Assembly: GCA_029246845.1 (NCBI GenBank)
Contig: JAQWMJ010000040.1
Location: 1 to 64,000 of the forward strand
Source: Thermodesulfobacteriota bacterium
Lineage (GTDB): Bacteria; Desulfobacterota_D; UBA1144
Direction: 5' to 3'
Length of the DNA: 64,000 bases
Of the stretch, positions 1 through 10,173 are shown piece after piece (positions within the stretch are counted from its first letter, which is position 1; each line of letters starts with the position of its first letter). Made by a program: the position numbers and the translations under genes. The notes under the pieces were generated by a model that was given only the letters and a program-made list of their open reading frames with translations, was not told where the DNA came from and searched no databases.

Positions 1-1
1 G

Positions 2-265
2 ACAAGTTTCGATTACATTAATTGGTCAAGATTTAATCAAATTGATACGCTAATATTTGGTGAGGTTAAGGAAGAGGAAAAGAAGATAACAAATAAAATT
101 TTACATATTAATGATTTAATTTTTAGAGAAATCATAAAAACCGATAATCAAGTTCTTGAAGATGTACTTTTCAATTATATTAAAGAACGTCATAGTAATA
201 GAAAAAAATCTAATCTTGGGGATTTTCTAGATTATGCAAGATATTCTTATAAAAACAAAAGATAA
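2..265 (+). CDS. 3' end of hypothetical protein (starts before window)
   Basis: Frame 2 is open from the window edge to TAA at 263-265 (TSFDYINWSRFNQ...YARYSYKNKR*); no recognisable motif. Confidence 0.6.
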   Translation, partial: TSFDYINWSRFNQIDTLIFGEVKEEEKKITNKILHINDLIFREIIKTDNQVLEDVLFNYIKERHSNRKKSNLGDFLDYARYSYKNKR

Positions 266-356
266 GAATAAGAAGTTTTTATGGCAGTTCTAACTATTTT
301 AAATAATTAATTTTAATATAAAAGGAATAAAAACCGCTAATTTCTTCATGAAATCA

Positions 357-2033
357 TCATGTTCTTGTCATCATTGCTGTAATCGCATGAGTTGCCGCAC
401 TAGTGGCATTTGGATTTGTCATAACATTTATTAATGAAGGTAGGCCAGATTTAGTAGCCCTTTCCATAGCTGGTATCAAATCTTTTGGGTCTTCAACTAA
501 TTCACCGTGACCACCCATTGCTATTACAATTTCATGAAACTTTATAAACGGTAACTCGTGACCTGCTGGCGTATTATCGTTTCCATAAGTAAGCCAATGC
601 TGATGCTTAGTCATCCCCCATGACTGATCATTGCAAACTACGCAAACAAATGGAAGATTGTGTTTAACTGCTGTTTCAAATTCCATTAAGTTCATTCCAA
701 CAGCACCATCTCCGGTTATAAGTACTACTTGTCTATCGGGAAATGCTGTCTTACTTCCTAGAGCAAAAGGTACACCTACTCCCATACATCCTAATGGACC
801 ACCTTTTACATACATTCCAGGTTTATCAATATTATAAGTTGAGTCTGTCCAGGCTTGTGTATCTCCACCATCTATACAAATCATAGCTTCATTACCAAAG
901 TAATCTTCTATTGCCTTTACCACTCTTAATACATGAAGCGGTTTTTCGTCACTAGCTTTTAACTTGTCAACTTCAGCCCACTCGTCTTTCTTCCAATTTT
1001 CACAAGCTGTAAGCCATTTTGAGAAATCAAAATTATCGCCGATTGATGAATTTAACTTTATTATTGCTCTATTAATATCCGAGAAAATTGGCAAATCAGC
1101 AGGTTTATTTCTTCCTATTTCTTCGGGCTCTATGTCCATCTGAATTACTTTAGCTTCAGGATTAAAGGTTCTACCCCAGCCAATATACAAGCTTAATCTG
1201 ACGCCCAAAAGAATAATCAGATCAGCTTCAGAAGTAGCTTTTTTAAAGCCATTAAGCGCTGAAGGACTTGCTTGCCCCATACAATTCTTATGGTTATCAG
1301 AAACAACTCCTCTTCCAAAATTTAAAGTAAAAATTGGAGCTTTAATTTTTTCAACAAATTCTGTTAAGGAATTTTCTGCTCCTGAATACCAGGAACCACT
1401 TCCACTTATTACTACAGGTCTTGAGGAATTTGAAAGAAGATTTTTGAACTTTTCACAATCCTGATCAGACATTTCAGGATTTCTTAATGTTTCAATTTGT
1501 GGACTATCAAGCTGACTTGCATCAACTTCATCGTATAGAACTTCATGAGGGAAACCAAGATATACGGGCCCCGGTCTTCCTGTGGTACACATTTTATAAG
1601 CTTGTGCTGTATATTCTGACAATCTCTTTGTATCGTAAACAGTCTTAGCCCATTTGGTAACTGGTCTAACCATATTTTCTTGATCAATCTCTTGAAGTGG
1701 TAGCCTATCAAGTTCTTCAACTCCTGACTTACCAGAAAGAAAAATACACGGAGAATTAGACAAGAAAGCGCCCGACATTCCAGTAACTACATTTGTAAGC
1801 CCTGGACCAGCTGTTACCAAACAAACACCAGGAGATTTTGTAACTCTTCCATAAGCATCAGCTGCCATTGAGGCGCCTTGTTCATGATGACAATCAATTA
1901 GCCTAATACCCTCTTCTTTACAAGCATTATATATAGGGTTGATATGTCCACCAGCTAAAGTGAAAATATCTTTGATACCAAGTTGTTTTAGTGTCTTAAC
2001 AATTGCAAAGCCACCATCTATTTTTTTGCTCAT
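357..2033 (-). CDS. Thiamine diphosphate-dependent enzyme (acetolactate synthase-like / 2-hydroxyacyl-CoA lyase family)
   Basis: HHEQGA catalytic Glu, TAGPG, GDGAVG...NDQSWG ThDP motif; no ilvH/ilvN adjacent. Confidence 0.9.
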   Translation of the reverse strand: MSKKIDGGFAIVKTLKQLGIKDIFTLAGGHINPIYNACKEEGIRLIDCHHEQGASMAADAYGRVTKSPGVCLVTAGPGLTNVVTGMSGAFLSNSPCIFLSGKSGVEELDRLPLQEIDQENMVRPVTKWAKTVYDTKRLSEYTAQAYKMCTTGRPGPVYLGFPHEVLYDEVDASQLDSPQIETLRNPEMSDQDCEKFKNLLSNSSRPVVISGSGSWYSGAENSLTEFVEKIKAPIFTLNFGRGVVSDNHKNCMGQASPSALNGFKKATSEADLIILLGVRLSLYIGWGRTFNPEAKVIQMDIEPEEIGRNKPADLPIFSDINRAIIKLNSSIGDNFDFSKWLTACENWKKDEWAEVDKLKASDEKPLHVLRVVKAIEDYFGNEAMICIDGGDTQAWTDSTYNIDKPGMYVKGGPLGCMGVGVPFALGSKTAFPDRQVVLITGDGAVGMNLMEFETAVKHNLPFVCVVCNDQSWGMTKHQHWLTYGNDNTPAGHELPFIKFHEIVIAMGGHGELVEDPKDLIPAMERATKSGLPSLINVMTNPNATSAATHAITAMMTRT

Positions 2034-2092
2034 AGTTTTTAACTTATTTATCAGTATAATGTATTAAAATAGATAATATAAGGAGCTTTAAT

Positions 2093-2506
2093 ATGAGCGA
2101 AGAAACTAAAGACGAGAATAAGCAACCAAGTCCTGAAGAGGCAATACAGGCAATACAGAGTTCAATAGCTAATGCTTTCAACTTAGGTTTACAACAACAA
2201 CCAAAAGAAGGAGCTGATACTATTGCTGATATTGTCAATTCAATACAAGAAACAATCTATGGGCAACTAAAGCAGGCCTATGGTGACGTCCCCGAGGACT
2301 TCATTAAGGCAAATGCAGAATTTTTTGTACAAGTTGCTGCTATGGGATATATAATTCCTCGAGTTTGTGCTTTTGATCAAGATTTTCAGGCTAAGTTATT
2401 TAAACTTATTGAGGCTAGAGTTCTAGAAACTCAGAAAGCAGCTCAAGAAAAGGCTGGGGAAGAAAAAGGTAAGATTATTACAGAAGATAAGAAAATTATT
2501 CTTTAG
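2093..2506 (+). CDS. Hypothetical helical protein, 137 aa
   Basis: Good SD (AAGGAG) upstream; coding-like composition; family not recognised. Confidence 0.75.
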   Translation: MSEETKDENKQPSPEEAIQAIQSSIANAFNLGLQQQPKEGADTIADIVNSIQETIYGQLKQAYGDVPEDFIKANAEFFVQVAAMGYIIPRVCAFDQDFQAKLFKLIEARVLETQKAAQEKAGEEKGKIITEDKKIIL

Positions 2507-2517
2507 GATTATCTTTA

Positions 2518-3498
2518 GTGAACATACTCGTTACCGGTGCTACAGGATATATTGGTCCTTTTTTAGTTAATAAGCTAAAAGAGATGGGCCACTATGTAGT
2601 AATACTTGTTAGAAAAAAAAATGACTTTCTCAGATTAGAGTCTGAAGGTTTTAAATGTATCTTGGGTGACGTTACAGATAAAGAATCTTTAGTTGGTATT
2701 CTTAAAGATATTGAAGTTTTATTTCATCTTGCAAATATTGCATCTTGGTGGCTCCCAAATAACCAAACCTATTATGATGTGAACGTAGAGGGAACTATTA
2801 ATCTCTTTGAAGAAGCTAAAAAGGCTTCTTTAAAGAAGGTTGTTCATATCAGTAGTATAGCAGCAATTAGGCAACCAGAAGGAATCATTGCCAACGAAGA
2901 ATCCATACATCAAGGGGACTTTGAAAGTCACTATAGTAAGTCTAAATACTTAGTAGAAAAGGAAACAGAAAGATATTTAAAAGATGGGCTTCCGATTGTT
3001 ACACTAAACCCAGGCGTTGTAACCGGACCAAAGGACACTAAGACTTTTGGTAAAACAGTTTTAGGAATAGCCAATGGTAAAGTTAAAGCAAAATTTTTTC
3101 CTGACTCATATATACCTCTTGTATATATCGACAATGTAATAGAAGTAATGATTAAGGCTATAGATTTAAAAGTAGGATCTAAATATGTTGTAGTAGGTGA
3201 AAATATTAAAATAGGTGATGTCTTTGATAAAGTTTGCGAAATAATGAAAAAAGAAAAAATAACTAAAGCGACACCTAATCTGCTTCTTGTATTGGTATCT
3301 TACTATTCAGAGTTTGTTAGTTTCTTTACTAAAAAAAGGCCTTCTCTTCCAGTTGATGGATTAAAAGCAATAAAGATTGGAGCCCAAGCAAGTTCTAAAA
3401 GATCTATCGATGAATTAGGAATAAAGTATCTTAATGGTGATCAAATTCTGACTAAACTAATTGAGTGGTTTAATAAAAATAATTTAATTAATAGTTAA
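2518..3498 (+). CDS. NAD-dependent epimerase/dehydratase (extended SDR, HpnA/DFR-like)
   Basis: TGATGYIG Rossmann motif, YSKSK catalytic motif; GTG start. Confidence 0.9.
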   Translation: MNILVTGATGYIGPFLVNKLKEMGHYVVILVRKKNDFLRLESEGFKCILGDVTDKESLVGILKDIEVLFHLANIASWWLPNNQTYYDVNVEGTINLFEEAKKASLKKVVHISSIAAIRQPEGIIANEESIHQGDFESHYSKSKYLVEKETERYLKDGLPIVTLNPGVVTGPKDTKTFGKTVLGIANGKVKAKFFPDSYIPLVYIDNVIEVMIKAIDLKVGSKYVVVGENIKIGDVFDKVCEIMKKEKITKATPNLLLVLVSYYSEFVSFFTKKRPSLPVDGLKAIKIGAQASSKRSIDELGIKYLNGDQILTKLIEWFNKNNLINS

Positions 3499-3531
3499 GG
3501 GAACTTAAGTACTAATTTAAAAAAAAGAAAT

Positions 3532-3559
3532 TTGACATAATTTTTTCTTTATATAAATT
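3532..3559 (+). promoter_or_regulatory. sigma70-type promoter of topoisomerase gene
   Basis: TTGACA 3532-3537, 16-nt spacer, TAAATT 3554-3559. Confidence 0.55.
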
Positions 3560-3568
3560 TGGGTTTCT

Positions 3569-6100
3569 ATGAGTTCAATGAAATCTTTGATTATTGCTGA
3601 GAAGCCAAGTGTGGCAAATTTAATTGCTGATGCTTTGTCTATTAATAAGAAATCTAGAAAAGCTGAATTCTTTGAAAACGATGATTACATAATTACCTCT
3701 GCTCAAGGACATGTTGTAGAATATGAGAAACCTAAGCAAAAATGGAGCTTAGATTTATTACCTTTAAGCAGACCAGAAAAGTTGCAACCCATTGCAAGAG
3801 TAAAATCTAAAGTGGACTTAATTAAGAGGTTGAGCAAAAGAGAAGATGTAGACTATTTAATAAATGCATGTGATGCAGGTAGAGAAGGTGAACTAATTTA
3901 TCATCAAGTTATTAGTTATCTAAAGATAAAGAAGCCTTCAAAAAGACTTTGGCTTCAATCTATGACTAAAGATGGAATTTCGAAAGCTTTTACTTCAATC
4001 CAACCCGATACAGCCTTTAAGGGATTAAAGGATTCGGCTTTAGCTAGAACACATGCCGACTGGGTAATTGGAATGAATGGCACTAGAGCTATAACTGGAT
4101 GGTCAAGCAAAGCCTATAATGTCGGGTTCAATAAGCAGGTTGTAGGAAGAGTTAAAACTCCAACTTTAAGTTTAGTTGTAAATCGTGACATTGAGATTGA
4201 AAACTTTATTTCTCAAAAATATTTTCAAATTACAGCAAAATTTAAGATAAATTCTGGAGAATATGAAGGGACATATTACGATACCGATTTTAACAATAAG
4301 GATTTCAATGAAGAAGATAAAAGAATAAGAAAAAGTGATAGAATTTTTAATCTAGAGAACGTAAATTCTATAATATCTTCGTGTACAGATCAGATTGGCG
4401 AAATAAATGAAGAAAAGAAGGAAAGAAAGGAATACTCTGAAGCATTATTTGATTTAACTAGTCTACAAAGAGAAGCAAATAGTAGATTTGGCTTCAGGGC
4501 TCAACAAACATTGCAAATAACTCAAGGTCTATATCAACCTAGAAGCGGTGAAGGTTATATCACATATCCTAGAACTGATTCTAGAAGGCTTCCTGATGAC
4601 TACCCTAGTCAGGTAATAGAAACATTAGGTAAATTTAAAAATTCCAAATATGAAACTTATTCAAAAAATATTTTAGATAAAGGTCTAGTAAACAATAAAG
4701 ATAAAAAAGTTTTTGATTCAAAGAAAGTTTCTGACCACTTTGCTATAATACCGACCAATATAATACCAGCTAGTGGGAAACTAACTGAGCCAGAAACGAA
4801 AATCTATGACCTTATTGTTAGAAGATTCTTGGCAATATTCTATCCCCCCGTTGTAACTCAAGAAACAATTAGGGATACTCAAATCGGAAATTGTCACTTT
4901 AGAACAAAAGGGAAGATTCTGATCAATAAAGGTTGGAAAGAGGTACTTGAAAGCAACACGGCTGAAACGATACTTGATGCAATAGAGGAAAATGAAAAAG
5001 CTGAATGTCTTAAATTAGAAATGGAAGAAAGTCTTACTAACCCAAAGCCAAGATATACCGATGCTACCCTACTTAGGGCTATGGAGACCGCCGGCAATGA
5101 TTCAGGTGATGAAGAAGTTGCTATGGCAATGAAAAATAAAGGAATCGGTACACCAGCTACTAGAGCAAATACTATTGAAGATTTAATTAGAGAAAGTTAC
5201 TTGTTTCGAACCGAGGAAGAGAACGGTAAAAAATGTATTGCTTCTCATATAAGAGGTAAACAACTTATTCAAGATCTAGAGATATTAGATCTAAAAAGGT
5301 TAACCGAAGCAAATCTTACTGGTGAATGGGAGCTAAAGCTTAAAGAGATGGAAGAAGAAAAATATTCATATGATGCTTTTATGACAGAAACAGATAAGCT
5401 AAGAGACGAAATAATAGAAAAAGCTAAGTCAGTAAGTGTAGATACCGACACATTTATTAGGCCACTTGGTATAGATTGCCCCATTACAGGACTTCCTGTA
5501 ATGGAAACGTTTAATAGATTCACAACCGATAAGCCAGATAACTCAACTAATATAAATAAAATTATTTCAGGCAGACCTGTCAGCAGAGATGAAGCTATAG
5601 AACTAATTAAATCTTTTAATGGCAAAGAGGGAAGAATTAAACTTGAAGGTTTCTTAAGCAGATTTGGAACTTTTTACAGAGCAGATGTAGTACTTAAAGA
5701 AACTGGAAAGTATGAATTAGATTGGGGGCAAGAAAAAGAAGTTGACTTGAAAGAAAAGTCTATTTTGGGTCATTTTGACTTTATAAACTCGGAAGTATTT
5801 TATGATGATAAATTCTATTACTTTGGGAAAAAAGGGGCAAGTAGAATATCAGCTCTAATTTTGTCGCCATATCTAAACTCGGAGGACGAAGCTGAGAAGA
5901 AGAAATTTTCCCTACCGTTAGACGAAGCAAAAAAGCTGTTTAATGGTGAAAAAACTAACATATTACAATTCAAGTCTAAAAGAAAAAATGCAAGAAAGCC
6001 TTTCTTTAAAGCTAGGTTATATTTAGATTCAAAGTTTAAACCTAAATTCGAAATGATAAAACCTGAAAAAACTATTACAAAGAAAGAAGATAAGAATTAA
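3569..6100 (+). CDS. topB: Type IA DNA topoisomerase (topoisomerase III-like, C-terminal extension)
   Basis: IAEKPS and DAGREGE Toprim motifs, GRVKTPTL, ITYPRTDS active-site Tyr, GIGTPATRA. Confidence 0.85.
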   Translation: MSSMKSLIIAEKPSVANLIADALSINKKSRKAEFFENDDYIITSAQGHVVEYEKPKQKWSLDLLPLSRPEKLQPIARVKSKVDLIKRLSKREDVDYLINACDAGREGELIYHQVISYLKIKKPSKRLWLQSMTKDGISKAFTSIQPDTAFKGLKDSALARTHADWVIGMNGTRAITGWSSKAYNVGFNKQVVGRVKTPTLSLVVNRDIEIENFISQKYFQITAKFKINSGEYEGTYYDTDFNNKDFNEEDKRIRKSDRIFNLENVNSIISSCTDQIGEINEEKKERKEYSEALFDLTSLQREANSRFGFRAQQTLQITQGLYQPRSGEGYITYPRTDSRRLPDDYPSQVIETLGKFKNSKYETYSKNILDKGLVNNKDKKVFDSKKVSDHFAIIPTNIIPASGKLTEPETKIYDLIVRRFLAIFYPPVVTQETIRDTQIGNCHFRTKGKILINKGWKEVLESNTAETILDAIEENEKAECLKLEMEESLTNPKPRYTDATLLRAMETAGNDSGDEEVAMAMKNKGIGTPATRANTIEDLIRESYLFRTEEENGKKCIASHIRGKQLIQDLEILDLKRLTEANLTGEWELKLKEMEEEKYSYDAFMTETDKLRDEIIEKAKSVSVDTDTFIRPLGIDCPITGLPVMETFNRFTTDKPDNSTNINKIISGRPVSRDEAIELIKSFNGKEGRIKLEGFLSRFGTFYRADVVLKETGKYELDWGQEKEVDLKEKSILGHFDFINSEVFYDDKFYYFGKKGASRISALILSPYLNSEDEAEKKKFSLPLDEAKKLFNGEKTNILQFKSKRKNARKPFFKARLYLDSKFKPKFEMIKPEKTITKKEDKN

Positions 6101-6109
6101 TGCTATAAT
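6101..6109 (+). promoter_or_regulatory. Extended -10 promoter, probable leaderless ffh mRNA
   Basis: TGcTATAAT 6101-6109, then 6 nt and the ATG at 6116; no SD. Confidence 0.65.
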
Positions 6110-6115
6110 TAAAAT

Positions 6116-7447
6116 ATGTTTGAAAAAATTACAGATAAAATAAGTGGTTCCTTTAAGAAACTAAGAGGGAATAACGTAATTAGTAATGAAAACATACAAG
6201 CTTCATTAAAAGAGATAAGGATGAGTCTTCTTGAGGCCGACGTTAATTATAAGGTAGTTAAAAATTTAGTTGAAAGTATAGAAGAGAAAGCTCTTGGACA
6301 AGAAGTAATTAAAAGTGTCTCCCCAAGTGAACAATTTATAAAAATTTTTAATGATGAGCTTGTAAATCTCTTAGGAGAAAAAACCGAGCCTTTAAATATT
6401 AAAGTCACGCCTCCAGCCGTTATTATGATGGCGGGATTGCAAGGATCAGGGAAAACAACCACTGCGGCTAAGCTTGCAAAATTCCTAAAAGAAAAAGAGA
6501 AAAGAAATCCCTGCCTTGTATCTGCAGATATTTATAGGCCTGCTGCTATAGAGCAATTAAAAATCCTTTCAGATCAAATCAAAGTACCTTTTATAGCTAA
6601 TGATTCTAAAAATGTTGTTGATATTTGTAACAGCGCACATGAGCATGCATACAATAATGGTTTTGATACACTTATCATCGACACTGCAGGAAGACTACAG
6701 ATAGATTCGAGTATGATTCATGAGCTTAAATCAATAAAGAATAAAGTAAAAGTTCATGAAACTATTCTAGTTATAGATTCAATGATAGGTCAAGAGGCAA
6801 TCAATGTAGCTAAGCAGTTTGACGAAGAAGTAACTATAGATGGGATTCTTTTAACAAAACTTGATGGTGATGCCCGAGGTGGCGCGGCATTATCAGCAAA
6901 ATATATTACGGGAAAGCCAATTAAATTTTATGGCTTTGGCGAGAAACTTGACATGTTCGACGTTTTTCATCCTGACAGAATGGCTTCTAGAATTCTCGGA
7001 ATGGGTGACGTGGTATCTTTAGTTGAAAAAGCTTCTGGTGCCATAGACGAAAAAGAAGCGGAAAAATTAACTGATAAATTTAAAAAGAATGAATTTGATT
7101 TTAATGATTTCAAAGATGCGATAAAATCAATGGGTAAAATGGGTTCCTTGAAAAGCACATTGTCAATGATTCCTGGTCTAGGAAAACTCTCTAGTGATGA
7201 TGAAGCACTTAAAAAAGCAAATGTAGAATTAAAAAGAACAGTTGCAATAATAGACTCTATGACAAAAAAAGAAAGACGAGATCATGGTTTACTTGATGGT
7301 AGCAGGAGAAGAAGAATTGCACAAGGTAGTGGTACCTCTGTTCAGGATATAAATTCTTTAGTGAAAAAATTTCTTCAAATGAGAAAGATGTCCAAGAATA
7401 TGGGTAAATTTAAAAAAAAATCTAAAAATATGTTGAATTTTAATTAA
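6116..7447 (+). CDS. ffh: Signal recognition particle protein
   Basis: GLQGSGKTT, DTAGR, TKLDG, RILGMGD, Met-rich M domain. Confidence 0.98.
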   Translation: MFEKITDKISGSFKKLRGNNVISNENIQASLKEIRMSLLEADVNYKVVKNLVESIEEKALGQEVIKSVSPSEQFIKIFNDELVNLLGEKTEPLNIKVTPPAVIMMAGLQGSGKTTTAAKLAKFLKEKEKRNPCLVSADIYRPAAIEQLKILSDQIKVPFIANDSKNVVDICNSAHEHAYNNGFDTLIIDTAGRLQIDSSMIHELKSIKNKVKVHETILVIDSMIGQEAINVAKQFDEEVTIDGILLTKLDGDARGGAALSAKYITGKPIKFYGFGEKLDMFDVFHPDRMASRILGMGDVVSLVEKASGAIDEKEAEKLTDKFKKNEFDFNDFKDAIKSMGKMGSLKSTLSMIPGLGKLSSDDEALKKANVELKRTVAIIDSMTKKERRDHGLLDGSRRRRIAQGSGTSVQDINSLVKKFLQMRKMSKNMGKFKKKSKNMLNFN

Positions 7448-7477
7448 TTTTAATCATTATTAATGGACGGAGGAATT

Positions 7478-7921
7478 ATGATAAAAATTAGACTGGCAAG
7501 ATTAGGAAGAAAAAAGAGACCTTTTTACAGAGTAGTAGCAACTAATTCTAGATCTCCAAGGGATGGAAAATTTTTAGAAATCCTAGGTACCTATGATCCA
7601 CTTCAAGAGCCTTCAGTTGTATCAATAAATATGGAAAAACTTAAAGAGTGGGTTAAGAAAGGTGCTCAATTAAGCAATAGAGTTCAAAAACTAACAGATC
7701 CAGAAAAGTATGCAGAATTAGTAAAAGATAAGCCAAAAAGAAAACCAAAAAAAGCTCCTGTGGAACAAGAGAAAGCTCCTGAAGCTGAAGCTGCACCTGC
7801 TGAAGAAAAAGCTCCTGAAGCTGAAGCTGCACCTGCTGAAGAAAAAGCTCCTGAAGCTGAAGCTGTACCTGCTGAAGAAAAAGCTACAGAAACAGAGCCT
7901 GAACCTGCAGAAAAAGCTTAA
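7478..7921 (+). CDS. rpsP: 30S ribosomal protein S16 with acidic repeat tail
   Basis: [28 protein letters not shown] favours ATG 7478 over 7463. Confidence 0.97.
   Translation: MIKIRLARLGRKKRPFYRVVATNSRSPRDGKFLEILGTYDPLQEPSVVSINMEKLKEWVKKGAQLSNRVQKLTDPEKYAELVKDKPKRKPKKAPVEQEKAPEAEAAPAEEKAPEAEAAPAEEKAPEAEAVPAEEKATETEPEPAEKA
7772..7885 (+). repeat. 36-bp tandem repeat x3 ([12 protein letters not shown]) in rpsP tail
   Basis: aaagctcctgaagctgaagctgcacctgctgaagaa at 7772, 7808 and 7844 (one substitution in copy 3). Confidence 0.95.
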
Positions 7922-7992
7922 ATTCCGGCTAGGAAAAAGAAATATGAGCTTATTTAATCTAAGTGTTGTATAATTCAGAATAGAGGTCGAAA

Positions 7993-8235
7993 ATGAATAA
8001 AGTTGCGGAATTAATTAAGTCGATAGCAAGCTCTCTGGTAGATAAGCCTGAAGAAGTTGAGATACATGAGGTAACTGGAGACACTACAACTGTTTACGAG
8101 CTTAAAGTAGCTCAAGAAGATTTAGGTAAAATAATAGGAAAACAAGGAAAAACTGCAAAAGCGATGAGAATTCTTTTGGGTGCTGCTGCTGCAAAAGATA
8201 AAAGAAGAGCTGTTCTAGAAATTGTTGAACAATAG
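7993..8235 (+). CDS. khpA: KH-domain RNA-binding protein (UPF0109)
   Basis: DLGKIIGKQGKTAKAMR; canonical position after rpsP. Confidence 0.95.
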   Translation: MNKVAELIKSIASSLVDKPEEVEIHEVTGDTTTVYELKVAQEDLGKIIGKQGKTAKAMRILLGAAAAKDKRRAVLEIVEQ

Positions 8236-8269
8236 ACAAAATTCATCTCATTAATTTGTAAAAATACTT

Positions 8270-8533
8270 ATGACCGATTCTGAAGACCTACCTAATTTTA
8301 ATCTAAATGAATATCTAGATTATGATTTCGTTAATTTTAATATTATTTCTTCTTCAGAAAAATTATACGGAACAGTATTAAGAGTATTGGGGTCCAAGGT
8401 AACTTTGCTTCTTGAGGTTTCCTACTTAGAAAAAACATATCTCGTCCCTATCAATAGTTCGTTTATAGTTTCAATTGATTTAAAAGAAAAAAATATAATA
8501 GTTAATAATATTGAGGAAATTTCTAACTTATGA
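8270..8533 (+). CDS. rimM: RimM, C-terminal PRC-barrel only
   Basis: Position between khpA and trmD; LP..EYLDYD...G.V.....LVP...FIVSIDL resembles the RimM C-domain; in-frame TAA at 8252-8254 blocks N-terminal extension. Confidence 0.75.
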   Translation: MTDSEDLPNFNLNEYLDYDFVNFNIISSSEKLYGTVLRVLGSKVTLLLEVSYLEKTYLVPINSSFIVSIDLKEKNIIVNNIEEISNL

Positions 8534-9822
8534 TATTTAATATTTTAAGCGTTTTTAGAGAACTAATTAAACCAAGTCTTAAATATGGAGTTTTATCTAA
8601 AGCAATAAAAAAAAACAAAATTAAAGTAAACATATTCTCATACTCGGACTATTTAAATGATGGCAATCGCTTAGATGATAAGCAATTTGGTGGTGAGCCA
8701 GGCATGGTGATAAAATATCAAAACGCCTCTAGGGCTATTAATGCAATTAAGAAATCTAATCCAAAAACTAAAGTGATATTCCTAACTCCTAAGGGAAAGA
8801 AGCTAGATAATAATTTAGCTAAAGAGATGTCAAAAATGGGGAATATATCTATCATATGTGGAAGATATGAGGGATTTGACGAAAGAATTATAGACCAATA
8901 CTCAGACTTAGAAGTCTCAATTGGAGATTATATTGTCTCTGGGGGTGAGTATCCAGCTGTTATACTTATGGATTCAATAAGTAGAATGGTTAAAGGAGTT
9001 ATTGGAAATGAGGAATCAGTTGAAAATGACAGCCTAAGCAATTCTCTTTTAAAGCACCCTGTTTATACTCGTCCAGCCGAGTTAAAAGTTGGAAAAGTAC
9101 CTAAGCTAATTACTGGTGGCAACCACAAGAAAATTAAGAATTTTAATAGACAAGAATCTATTCTATCAACCCTGAAACGTAGAGAAGACTTACTAGAGAC
9201 TACAGATCTAAAGATTGATGAAAGAGAGTTACTAAGAAAGGTAAAGAGAGGTGATATTAAATCCAATGCATATTTAGCCTTGGTTCATTATCCAATCCAA
9301 AATATCAAAGGTGAAGTGATTAAAACATCACTAACTAATCTTGATATACAAGATATAGCTAGAACCTGTATGTCTTACGGTATAAAGAAGTACTACATAA
9401 CTCACCCTGTTAAAGAACAGAGAGAATTAGCTAAGAATGTTTTAGATTACTGGGAGAAAGGGATTAACATGAAGAACGATAGTACTAAACACAAAGCACT
9501 AGAGAATATAGAAATAAAAAATAGCATCTCTGATGCAATTAAAGCAATCAAGAAAATTCATGGAAAAAAACCAAAAATAGTTGCAACCGATGGAAGAATT
9601 ATGCATAATATGGTTAATTATTCTGACATCAGACGTAATTTAAATACGGATGATAGTCCTTATTTGTTTCTTTTTGGAACTGGTTGGGGCTTAACTAAAG
9701 AAGTTTTAGATAATGCAGACTATATTCTAAAGCCTGTTGGAAGTTATTATGAATATAATCATTTATCCGTGAGAAGTGCTGTTGCAATAATATTGGATAG
9801 AATTTTCGGTTGCAATTTTTAG
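8530..9822 (+). CDS. trmD: tRNA m1G37 methyltransferase fused to a second SPOUT methyltransferase domain
   Basis: [22 protein letters not shown]-terminal [31 protein letters not shown]. Confidence 0.95.
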   Translation: MIFNILSVFRELIKPSLKYGVLSKAIKKNKIKVNIFSYSDYLNDGNRLDDKQFGGEPGMVIKYQNASRAINAIKKSNPKTKVIFLTPKGKKLDNNLAKEMSKMGNISIICGRYEGFDERIIDQYSDLEVSIGDYIVSGGEYPAVILMDSISRMVKGVIGNEESVENDSLSNSLLKHPVYTRPAELKVGKVPKLITGGNHKKIKNFNRQESILSTLKRREDLLETTDLKIDERELLRKVKRGDIKSNAYLALVHYPIQNIKGEVIKTSLTNLDIQDIARTCMSYGIKKYYITHPVKEQRELAKNVLDYWEKGINMKNDSTKHKALENIEIKNSISDAIKAIKKIHGKKPKIVATDGRIMHNMVNYSDIRRNLNTDDSPYLFLFGTGWGLTKEVLDNADYILKPVGSYYEYNHLSVRSAVAIILDRIFGCNF

Positions 9823-9829
9823 GTGTAAA

Positions 9830-10171
9830 ATGAATATTATAGATAAATTAGAAACAAAAAGTCTAAGAGAAATCCCACCATTTAAATCAGGTGATACAGT
9901 GGCTGTTTCATATAAGATTAAAGAAGGTGAGAAAGAAAGAATACAAATTTTTGAAGGAATAGTGATTTCAAGAAGTGGTGCTAGCATAAGGGAAACATTT
10001 ACTGTTAGAAAAATTTCTTACGGTATAGGTACCGAAAGAATATTCCCGGTTCATTCAAAACAAATTGATAAAATCGATGTTAAGAAAAAAGGAAAAGTTA
10101 GAAGAGCTAAACTGTATTATATTAGAGGACTTTCCAAGAAGGCTTCAAGAATTAAGGAGAGCACTAAATAA
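9830..10171 (+). CDS. rplS: 50S ribosomal protein L19
   Basis: [21 protein letters not shown]. Confidence 0.98.
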   Translation: MNIIDKLETKSLREIPPFKSGDTVAVSYKIKEGEKERIQIFEGIVISRSGASIRETFTVRKISYGIGTERIFPVHSKQIDKIDVKKKGKVRRAKLYYIRGLSKKASRIKESTK

Positions 10172-10173
10172 GA

